DNA of 64,000 nt, from assembly GCA_004431415.1 (NCBI GenBank), contig QPMI01000169.1, positions 1 through 64,000 on the forward strand, read 5' to 3'. Each line of letters starts with the position of its first letter. Within the stretch, counting starts at the first letter, position 1. The position numbers and the translations under genes were made by a program. This document shows positions 1-9,425 of this stretch, in pieces. The stretch comes from Cyanophora paradoxa CCMP329 (taxonomy: Eukaryota > Plantae > Glaucophyta). The notes under the pieces were generated by a model. It was not told where the DNA came from and made no database searches. It saw only the letters and a program-made list of their open reading frames with translations.

Positions 1-3000
1 GGGCGAGCCGCGGGGCGCACCCGTACGAGATCGCGCAGGTGCTGGCGGCGGCGGTGCCAGGCGGGCTTGCGGGGCTGCATACGATGCTGGCGCACCCGGC
101 GTTCCGGCAGCTCTTCTCAGACCCCAACTTCCAGGCCCACTTCCTCCGCGCCCTCTCCGCCCAGGCCCTCGCCGCCCTCTGCGCCCAGGCCCCCGCTCCC
201 GCCGCCCCCAACGTCCAGCCCCCCCTCATGGTCTCCGCCGCCCTCCAGCACCAGGCCGCCGCCGCCGCTGCCGCCGCCGTCGCCCATCAGCAGCAGCAGG
301 CCGCGCAGCAGCAGCATGCCGCCGCCGCTGCCGCCGCTGCGGCACACCAGCAGCAGCAGCAGCAGCAGCAACAGATCGCGGCAGCTGCGGCTGCTGCTGC
401 GGCGGCGGCGGCTGTGGCATCGCATCAGCAGCGAGAGCAGCAGCGAGAGCAGCAGCAGCGAGAGCAGCAGCAGCGAGAGCAGCAGCAGCAGCAGCAGCAA
501 CAACAACAACAACAAAACCAGCTGGCGGCAGCGATGGCGGCTGCAGCAACGGCGATCCAGCAGCAGCTGTTCCTGCAGCAGGTGTCGGCGTGCGAGAGCG
601 CGGCGGGTCATGGCGCTGTGCAGGGCGGCGTGGTCTCGCCCCGCGCCACCGCCCCCTCGCCTCCGCCGCCCGCTGGCGCCCTCTCGCCCCCGGGGCTTGG
701 CTCGGGAGAGCGCGGCGGGGCGCACCGGGGCGGGCCCCTGCAGCGGATGCGAGCGATGTCGGACGCGGGGATCTCGCAGGGGGCGGTGGCGCCGCACGGG
801 ACGCCGGGGACGGCGTTGAGCTCGAATATGGGGAGCCTGGGCCCCGCGGCGGCCCCGCACGGGCTCTCGGCGCCCTCGACGCCGGGGACGCCCTCGTCGA
901 CGGCCTCGTCGCCCCTCACGGGGGCGATGCCCTCGCCGGCCCTCCCCCCGGCCCCCCAGACGCCCCAGATGGTCGCCGTCTCGCCCCTCATCTCCAGCTA
1001 CCTCGCCCAGCTCAGCCTCCTCGGCCTCCCCAACATCTCCGACCCCCGCCGCCTCCTCTCCACCCTCTCCATGCCCCCGCCCCCCACCAGGGCCCAGCTC
1101 GCCGCCGCCTCCAGCATCGCCGCCGCCGCCGCCGCCGCCGGCGCAGCCCCCCGCTCGCCCCTCGCCGCCCCCTCCGGGCAGCAGGCGCATGCGCAGGCCG
1201 CGGCGTTCGGCACGCCGCCGCAGCATGCGGCCGCCGCGGCGCAGGCGCAGCAAGCGCAGGCGCAGCAGGCGCAGGCGCAGGCGAAGTCTGGGGAGCCGGA
1301 GGCGGCCGTTGCGCCCGAGCGGGGTGCCGACGGCGAGGGCGAAGCTGGCGAGGAGGGCCCGAAGCCGCAAGCAGAGCCGGCGGAGCAGCGCGCCGAGCAA
1401 CCGGCGCCGGCTCCGATGGAGCTCGAGCCGGCGCGGCACGGCAGCAAGCGCTCGCACGCCGCCGCCGCCGCGGGGACCAGCCCCGGGCAGGCCTCCGAAT
1501 CCGCCCCCGGCTCCGCCGGCCCCGGCGCCTCTTCCGGGGGCGGCAAGCGGAGCCGCCCAGCGAGCCCGCTGGAGCTGGCGCCCCTGTCGACCTCGCAATC
1601 GGCGCTCCCGGCGCTCGACCTCCCGAGCCCGTCGCTCAGTGCGTGGCCATGGGGCGGGGCAGCCGGCGGGCGGGCACTGACCTGGGCGCGCGCGGCAGGC
1701 CCCTCGCAGCAGCTGGAGCTCTTTAAGCGGGAGCGCACGCTGAGCGAGGCGGAGGGCGCGCCGCTGCCCCCGAAGCGGCAGACGACGCCGCGTGCGGGGA
1801 CGGCCGGCTCCCGCACCGGCTCTCCCGTCATGCGCCCCAGCCGCAACTCCCCGACCTTGGTGCGGCGCCCCCCGCCCCGCCCCGCCCCGCGCCCCTCACC
1901 GGCCCCGCGCAGCGCATGCATAGCCACGCGCAAGGCGCCGGCCGGAGGCCAAGGGCGGGCGTCGCCGCGGCAGGGCGAGCGCGGGGCGCTCGGGGCGCCG
2001 TCGCCGGTGCCGGGGAGCCCGCTGGGTCGCCGGGTCGGCGGGGGACCCCTCGGCGCTGCAGTTCAACTCGAAGAACCACCTCATGTGGACCGACGAGCTC
2101 CACCTCCGCTTCCTCGCCGCCATCCACCAGCTCGGCGGCAAACGTCCGCCCCGCGCCCCGCCCCGCCCCGCCCCGCCCCGCCCCGCCCCTGCCGCTCAGG
2201 CCTGTGCGGCGGCGCAGTCTCGTGCCCGGCGAAGATCCTGAAGATCATGGACGTCCCCGGGCTCTCCCGCGAACACGTCTCCAGCCACCTCCAGGCCCGC
2301 CCCGCCCCGCCCCGCCCCGCCCGTCTCGGCCCGAGCTGACAGCGCCGGCGAGCAGAAGTACCGGACGCGGCTGCAGAGCGACGTGCAGGCGCGCATGGGC
2401 TCCAAGGGCGGCGGCTCGACGCCGCGCTCCCCGGCCGGACCCTCGGGCGAGGTGCGCCTCCCGCCCGCTCCACGCGGCGCCCCCGCCGCGCGTGACGGGT
2501 GGCAGGCCGCCTCGCCGGCCCTCGCCCCCGAGTCGGGCGACGAGGGCGGCGACGATGCCGGCGCCGGCTTCGGCGGCTCCGCCCCCTCCTTCCTCCCCGA
2601 CTTCTCCGGCTCCTTCCTCGCCCTGGAGTCCCCCTGGGGCGGGCCGGCCCCGCAGCTCTCCCCGACGCCCCTCAGCGAGGAGGGGAGCCCCGGGGGCGGC
2701 CCCCTGGGCAGCGCGCCGGGGGAGGCCTCGGGGCGGGGCGGCGACCCCTGGCCCTCGCTCCTCTCCTACTCGGCCCTCGGCTCCCGCCCGGCCAGCGCCG
2801 CCGCCCGCGAGGCGCCCCTCACGCCCCTCTCGCCCCTCGGCGGCGGCGAGGGCGAGGGCGAGGCCGAGGCCGAGGGCGAGGGCGAGGGCGAGGGGGAGGG
2901 GGCCGAGTCCGGCCCTCCGCCCCTCGGCGCGCCCCGCGAGGGCGCCACTGGGGGCGACATCACCGACGAGTGGTGGTCCTCCCTCGTCGGCGCCTCGGCC

Positions 3001-3009
3001 CGCATCTGA
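1..3009 (+). CDS. GARP/G2-like MYB (SHAQKYF-class) transcription factor with polyQ/polyA N-terminal region; 5' end lies outside the window
   Basis: Spliced domain NHLMWTDELHLRFLAAIHQLGGK-LSCPAKILKIMDVPGLSREHVSSHLQ-KYR. Introns 1860-1912 (GT), 2144-2217 (GT), 2295-2355 (GC-AG). Stop TGA 3007-3009. One apparent frameshift between about 1913 and 2056, probably a sequencing error. Confidence 0.85.
289..575 (+). repeat. (CAG/CAA)n and (GCN)n coding microsatellites (polyQ/polyA)
   Basis: Visible CAG, CAA and GCC/GCG runs within the GARP gene exon. Confidence 0.9.
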
Positions 3010-3218
3010 TCCCACCCACCCCGACCCGCTTTCCCCTCCACGCCCTTCGCCCTTCGCCCCTGTACTTTCTCGAGTGCTTTCGCAGCCCATCGCCGCCCCC
3101 CCTCTCTCGTATACTTTCTTGACGGCTCGCTAGAGCCGCTCAGCTTTCGGCGCTAGAGTTTAGGCCTTTCGTCGCGCTTTTGCGCGTACCCCGTGTGCGC
3201 CCCATGCAAGCCTCACCC

Positions 3219-3258
3219 ACTATGTCTTTTGACACGACCGACTATGTCTTTTGACACG
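3219..3258. repeat. 18-bp direct repeat ACTATGTCTTTTGACACG x2
   Basis: Copies at 3219-3236 and 3241-3258, at the edge of an AT-richer block. Confidence 0.8.
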
Positions 3259-3594
3259 TACCTTTCACCTGTCGATTTCTCTTTGCCCCCGATTTCCCCC
3301 TTTCATAACAACCGATCGTCGATTGTTTCGTAGTACCACGCGCTAGTTTTTCCACACGAACACTCAGTGAGTTTTTCTGTGCCGACTATAAATAACGTGG
3401 GAATCTTACAGATGTTATAGATAGTACCTGTAGCGGTTGCGGTTGAGCAGCTTCCATATTGATTGTCCAAAGAGTAATACATAAACAAATGTGGGATTCT
3501 TGTCCCCCTCAACAGGCCCAGTCCGAGCCGCAGGAGTCGGCCTCATACAAATGTGACCCCCCATGATAGCAGTGCCCCGGCTATTCATGGTCAC

Positions 3595-4647
3595 TGTTAT
3601 GGACGCGTTGCGACCCGGACCCAGCCGGAGTCGAACCAACGACTAAGGGGTGTCAAGGCGGCAGTTCTACCAATAGGCCATCTCGCGAGAGGCTAGTGAT
3701 TCCCCGAATCATCCCGGGTCCTCACACTGCACGCAACATCCCCCCCGCCACGGTGATCTCGACCCCGAGATCCTTCCGTGCGGTTCCATTGCTGCATTTC
3801 ACCTCACAACTCGCGATCTCAACCTCGGTCACATGCCGCACGTGACACCCACTTCACACAGCCGCAACTGCCGCTTTTTTCCGTGCGCGCAGTTTCTAGG
3901 CTCTTCGGCGGCCACCGATGCAGGTGCCGGGCTTATCGGGGTACCGCGATGCAGCGGCCCTCAGCCAGCGCTTCCTAGCGCCCCGCGTGGGATTCGAAGC
4001 CCGGTCTATCCCTCGTCGGGAGTCGAACCAGGTCCGTTAGCAGCCCCCATGTTATGGACGCGTTGCGACCCGGACCCAGCCGGAGTCGAACCAACGACTA
4101 AGGGGTGTCAAGGCGGCAGTTCTACCAATAGGCCATCTCGCGAGAGCTAGTGATTCCCCGAATCATCCCGGGTCCTCACACTGCACGCAACATCCCCCCC
4201 GCCACGGTGATCTCGACCCCGAGATCCTTCCGTGCGGTTCCATTGCTGCATTTCACCTCACAACTCGCGATCTCAACCTCGGTCACATGCCGCACGTGAC
4301 ACCCACTTCACACAGCCGCAACTGCCGCTTTTTTCCGTGCGCGCAGTTTCTAGGCTCTTCGGCGGCCACCGATGCAGGTGCCGGGCTTATCGGGGTACCG
4401 CGATGCAGCGGCCCTCAGCCAGCGCTTCCTAGCGCCCCGCGTGGGATTCGAAGCCCGGTCTATCCCTCGTCGGGAGTCGAACCAGGTCCGTTAGCAGCCC
4501 CCATGTTATGGACGCGTTGCGACCCGGACCCAGCCGGAGTCGAACCAACGACTAAGGGGTGTCAAGGCGGCAGTTCTACCAATAGGCCATCTCGCGAGAG
4601 GCTAGTGATTCCCCGAATCATCCCGGGTCCTCACACTGCACGCAACA
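3595..4647 (-). mobile_element. Tandem-array TRIM (non-autonomous miniature LTR retrotransposon): LTR-I-LTR-I-LTR
   Basis: LTRs 3595-3738, 4050-4192 (1-bp deletion) and 4504-4647, each TG...CA. 311-bp internal regions. On the minus strand the PBS TGGGGGCTGCT abuts the LTR (4039-4049, 4493-4503) and the [14 protein letters not shown] abuts the next LTR (3739-3749). 4-bp TSD TCAC at 3591-3594 and 4648-4651. Confidence 0.92.
3615..3687 (-). promoter_or_regulatory. tRNA-derived internal Pol III promoter (A box + B box) inside the TRIM LTR; present in every full LTR copy
   Basis: Minus strand: A box TGGCCTATTGG (3670-3680) and B box GGTTCGACTCC (3627-3637) at canonical class-I tRNA spacing. T-arm GTTGG-TTCGACT-CCGGC is intact; acceptor, D and anticodon stems are not paired. 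Confidence 0.75.
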
Positions 4648-5153
4648 TCACACTCATACAGTGAAAAACGAACTCTAGCTCTAGATCTGTACGTATACAT
4701 GTCCGACGGTCCGACGTTCTTGGGCAAACTTGAAAGAAAGTAAGTACCGTAGTACTCAGTACTGGGCCGCGGGGCCCGAAACTCGGGCCGCCCCTCATGA
4801 TCAGGGGCCGCCGGGCCGCCCCTCAGGGGCCTAGCTCAGCCCCCGCTCTTTCCTCCGGGCTGAGGGGCCGAGGCGGCGGGGCAGGGCGGGCGGGCGGGAG
4901 GGCCTGCTGGAGGTCCTAAGGAAGCTTTTAAGGCTTCACTCCGGCTGCATGCGCTCGCAGGTTCGCCCGGCAGCCGGGTTTGCAAACAGCAAACGCCTCC
5001 GAGGCTCGTGTGATCATTTGAAATGCAAAGCCGAGCTACAAAAACATGCAAACAGAATACAACAGAAACAGAATACAACGTACAGGAGAACAACCTAGAC
5101 GAATAACGACATAATCCGGCGAAGCAATGTATCTGCGGCGCAGACCGCCTGCG

Positions 5154-6373
5154 TCACTTCTTGCCCTTGCCCTTCGCGATCGCCGCTGCCTTTGGGGCCG
5201 CCTTGCCCTTAAGCTTGGGGGCCGCCTTCTTGGCCGCCGGCTTCTTAGCCGACGCCTTCGGCTTGGCCGCCGGCTTCTTAGCCGCGGCCTTCGGCTTGGC
5301 CGCCACCTTGCCCTTCCCTGCGCCCGCCCCCGTCAGAAACAGCGCACCCCACTGAGCTGTACCCCGCGCACCGGAGGCGGACGAGGCGCGGCTGGAGGCC
5401 TTGGAGGCGGCGCTGCCGCGGGCCTTCTTCGCGGTGGGCTCGCCGTCCGCGCCCGCCGCCTTCCGCTTCACCGCCGCCTTCGGCTTCGCGGGCGCAGCCT
5501 TTGGCTGGGCCGCGGCCTTGGGCTTGGCAGCCTTCTTCGGTGGCGCCTCCTCCACCTCGTCCTGCACGCGCAGTCGTTCAGCAAGGGAAGGCGAGTAGCG
5601 AAGGGTATGCACGACGGACCTCGTCGTCGTCGTCGGCTTCCTGCGAACGGAAGGGCGATCAGTTTGAGGACGGCAGCTGCAGCGGGTCGAGGTTACGAAG
5701 AAGCGCACAGAAGCGGACTTCTCGAAGGCCCAGCTGTGGCCTTCGAACCAGCTGCGGCGCACGAGAAGCTTGTGAAGACGGAAGCGGACGAGGCTCCCGG
5801 TTGGCAAGTCAACCTCCTCGTCTCCGTGCGCAACTACCAGCTCTTCATCGTAGTCTCGATGGCCCAGGACGGTCGCCTCGATGGCCCACTTGTCTGCTGG
5901 CTTCTCCTCGTCCTCGTCCTCGTCGATGGCCGTCAGCGTGAAGTGCTTCGTCGTCTTCACCTCACGCGGCTTGGGCAAGTAAGCTGAGCCGCCGCCGGAG
6001 CACACCGTCGACGTCTTGTTAGAGTTCGCGGACGGCGCGACGACACTCAGCTCGACGCGCGGCGGCTCGCCAAACCCCAGCATCACGAAGGGAAGCTGTG
6101 CGGCAGGAATATCCTTGTTCGGAGCGAACTCGAAACGCCCGTCGGCTGCGACCCCGACGTAGCGGTAGTCGATCGGGAAGCCGTCGTCGTCGTGCCCAGT
6201 GAGGATGTAGCATCGGAGCGAGGAGAGTTCGTCCAGATAGTCGTCCACCATCATAGCAGCGCGCAGGACGAACTTGCCCGTACGGATCTTCTTCGCCCAA
6301 GCCGGCTCTGCGCGTGCAATGATCAGGCGCGGGTCGGTAGGTGCACGGAGAGCGCGCCTTTGGGGGCCATCAT
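5154..6373 (-). CDS. Hypothetical protein: globular N-terminal domain plus Lys/Ala/Pro-rich histone-H1-like C-terminal tail
   Basis: MAPK|EPAWAKKIRTGKFVLRAAMMVDDY... (first intron GC-AG). C-terminus has KPKAAAKKPAAKPKASAKKPAAKK repeats. Stop at 5154. Confidence 0.65.
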
Positions 6374-6885
6374 TGCTGAGCTGGACGTGTTAAACGCGCT
6401 GTTATGAACGCGTTTGAGGCGCTCGCTTTGACTCGCCTACTACCTCAGTGAGCTTGCTTTGACTCTGGCTGACCCTACCGTACGTACCTGAGTCGTCCTG
6501 ACTCCTGACCAGTTGACGGGTATACGTACCCGTGGGTGCTGCAGCTGAGTATACTGAGCTCGGCCGATAGAGGCGCGGCCGATCGCGATGCGCATGCGCG
6601 CATGCGGCGCCAGCGTCAAACTTGTTGCAAGGGGGGTACGTATACCCCCTAGGCCTCCCTATGCATCGCTAGAGTTCCATATGCATCACGGCATGCCTGT
6701 GCACGTGCGCCTCCTCGCCCGGCTGCAGCTGAGGCCCGGCGGCCGCCGCGCAACTTGCAGCCCCGGCCCCGCATCCGCGGACGTCGACGCTTATCCGATC
6801 GCGATGATCCAATGATCATGATCCGCGGAGCTCGAGAAAGCTTTTAAGGTCGCGCAGGGCGGGCGGGCCCCTCCCCGGGCTATGG

Positions 6886-9188
6886 CTACAGGAGGGCGCG
6901 GGTGCGGCCGGCGGCGGCGCGGCGGGCGGCCGCCGAGGGGAGGGCGGCGTCGGCGGGGAGGCGGGGGGCGGGGTGGGAGGCGGGGCGGGCGGCGAGGGGC
7001 GCCGGGTAGGGGCGGGCGGGGTGGCCGAGGTAGACCTGCTGGGGGCGCACGATCTTCTGCTCGGGGTCGTCGAGGTGCTCGAGCCAGTGGGCGAGCCAGC
7101 CGGCCGTCCGCGGCACCGCGAAGAGCACCGTGAAGTACTCCGGCGGGAACCCCAGCGCCTTGTAGATGAGCCCTGCCCCGCCCCCGTCAGCGCCGCGCCG
7201 CTCGGCCCGGGCGGGGGCGGGCGGGCCGGAGTAGAAGTCGACGTTTGGGTAGAGCTTGCGCTCCACGAAGTAGGGGTCCGAGAGGGCCGTCTTCTCCAGG
7301 GCCTGCGCCACCTCCAGCAGGCCCTCCCGCCTGCCCGCCCCGGGGGGCCCCCGCCGCCCCTCAGCCCGCAGAGAAGAGCGGGGGCCGGGGCGCGGTCTGG
7401 GCCGGGCGGACCCAGTCACCGCGAACACCTCTTCGGCCGTCCGCCGCACGAGCCGCGCCCGTGGGTCGTAGTTCTGCGGCCGCGCTCAGCAGGAAAGAAG
7501 GAGGAGGGTGCGAGAGGGGGGGGGGGGGGGGGGGGGCGGGGCGGGGTGCCTTGTAGACGCGGTGGCCGAAGCCGTAGAGGAGGCGGCGCTTGGCCTTGAC
7601 GTCCTCCACGAAGCGCGGGACGGCCTCCACGCTCCCGATCTCCGCCAGCATTCGCAGCACCGCCTCGTTCGCGCCCCCGTGCAGCGGCCCGTACAGCGCC
7701 CCCACCGCCCCCTGCCCCCATTCAGCTGCCCGCCCCGCCGCCGGGGCCGGGGCCGGGCGCGCGCACGGCGGTGGCGGTGTAGACGTCGACGCCCGAGGAG
7801 GCGAGGTGCCTGCGGGGCCCTCGGCCAAGGCGGGGCGGCGGCGGGCGGGCGGGCGGGCCGCATGGCGGCGGTGGAGCAGTTGAGCTCGTGGTCGGCGTGG
7901 AGCATGAAGAGCACGTCTGCCCGCCCCGCCCCGTCGGCGTCGGGGCCGCGGGGCGGCGGGGGGGCGGCGGGGGGGAGGGGGTGGGGGGGGGGGGGGGAGG
8001 GGGGGGCACCGAGGGCGCGGGCGAGGACGGGGTGCGGCTCGTAGCCCGGGCCGGCGTCGGGCGGGCGGTCGAGCATCGCCAGGAAGTTCGCCGCGTAGTC
8101 CAGCGACGCGCTCGGCTGGTTCACGGGCCTGGCACGGCTCGCACACGGCGCGCGGGGCGGGGCGGGCGGGGCGGGGCGGGGCGGACCGGCCCTCGCGGAC
8201 GCGGAGGATGGCGGCGGCGAGGGTGGAGGCCTTGCCGAGGAGGCGGAAGGCCTGCCGCAAGCGCACGGCGGGGTCCCGGTAGACCTTCTCGCCCGCGACG
8301 GCGGGGTTGCCCTCCGGGTGGCACGCCCCGAGGGCCGCGACGGCCGAGGCGAGCATGCTCATCGGGTGCGCGTCGTGCCGGAACGTCCGCAGCAGCGCCA
8401 CCACGTTCTCCGGCACCGCCGCCTCCGCCGCCACCGCCGCACGGAACATCCCCAGCTGCTCCTGCACGCCCCGGCGTCGGCGCGAGGCCGCCCGTTGCGG
8501 GGCCCGGGGCGGCAGGGCGGGGCGGGGCGGGCACGGCGGTGGGGAGCTCGCCGAAGAAGAGGAGGAAGCTGCAGCTGGAGATCAGGGGGCAGGCCAGAAA
8601 AAGAAGGAAGAGACTCACGCCGTCTCCATGAACGTGCTCTTCTCCGCCAGCTCCTCGATCGCGTACCCTGCCCCCGCCCCCGCCCCGCCCCTCGGGACGC
8701 CGCGCCGCGCGCGCGCGGCCTCGCCGACGATCGGACCTCGGTACATGAGGATCCCCTTGTCACCGTCGATGTACGTGATCTTCGACTTGCACGATGCCGT
8801 GTTCATGTATCCTGCAGGGCGCGTGACCCGGTTGTGAAGCGTACGCGTGCGTTGGCCGCGCGCGCGTGGGGCGTCGCTTGCACACCGGGATCGAACATCC
8901 TGCGCAGAGAGCGGGATCGGCTGCGATCGGAAAGGAGCCGTTCGCTACGCGCGCCGCGCCGCGGGCGCACCGAAGTCCTGGACCGTCTTTCTCCGCCTTG
9001 AGCTTGCCGAGCTCCGCTCCGGCAATGACTCCATTGCGAATAGGGATTTCCACCGACTTTCCTGTGCGGTTGTCGACGACGGAGAGGGACTGCCTGAGGC
9101 GCGAATTCTAATGAGCTTCGCGTACAAGCAGATACAGAGCCCCGAGCGCTAAAGCAGGCACGCCGGAGACGTCCTCTAGCGTTTGCAT
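6886..9188 (-). CDS. Citrate synthase, type II-like, resembling the plant peroxisomal/glyoxysomal clade
   Basis: Spliced motifs [92 protein letters not shown]. About 12 introns. The start codon is uncertain (9188 or about 9312). Confidence 0.95.
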
Positions 9189-9425
9189 TCTCCCGAAGCC
9201 GGGCGCGCAACAGATCGGCCCCAGATCGGCCCCAGCACAGCTTGAGCCCCCTAGCCGCCCGAAAGGCGGGGCCCGAGCTGCGACGAGGGTGCGCGCACCG
9301 GCTGGTGCTCATTTCCACCGTGTGCCGATCACCTCCGAGCCGCCGGGGCTTTTGTATCTGGCGTCGACGCCGAGAAACACTGTACCCGCGACGTCGACGC
9401 AGGCTCACGCAGCGGTCTGTCAGCG

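Noticed and set aside
1913-2056. Programmed frameshifts or pseudogenisation (also in the USP 3' exon, PIGN near 25000, SRR1 3' end and the 34-39 kb genes)
   Set aside because: The shifts fall in G/C homopolymer-rich stretches while catalytic motifs remain intact, so single-base assembly errors are more parsimonious.
3218-3594. CACTA transposon end (CACTA at 3218 followed by subterminal repeats)
   Set aside because: No matching TAGTG terminus, TSD or transposase was found. Only the direct repeat is supportable.
3615-3687. Functional tRNA gene (positional anticodon TGA)
   Set aside because: Acceptor, D and anticodon stems do not pair. Only the promoter boxes and T-arm survive.
3595-4049. Retrozyme (hammerhead-containing LTR element, also 4-bp TSD)
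   Set aside because: No CUGANGA hammerhead core on either strand. Other ribozyme classes cannot be excluded without an Infernal search.
3595-4647. CRISPR-like array or satellite
   Set aside because: The repeats are 144 bp with identical 311-bp 'spacers', plus PBS, PPT and TSD. This is an LTR element.
3778-4664. Repeated short ORFs (MRFHCC..., MPHVTP...) as genes
   Set aside because: They are antisense translations of the non-coding TRIM and recur only because the DNA repeats.
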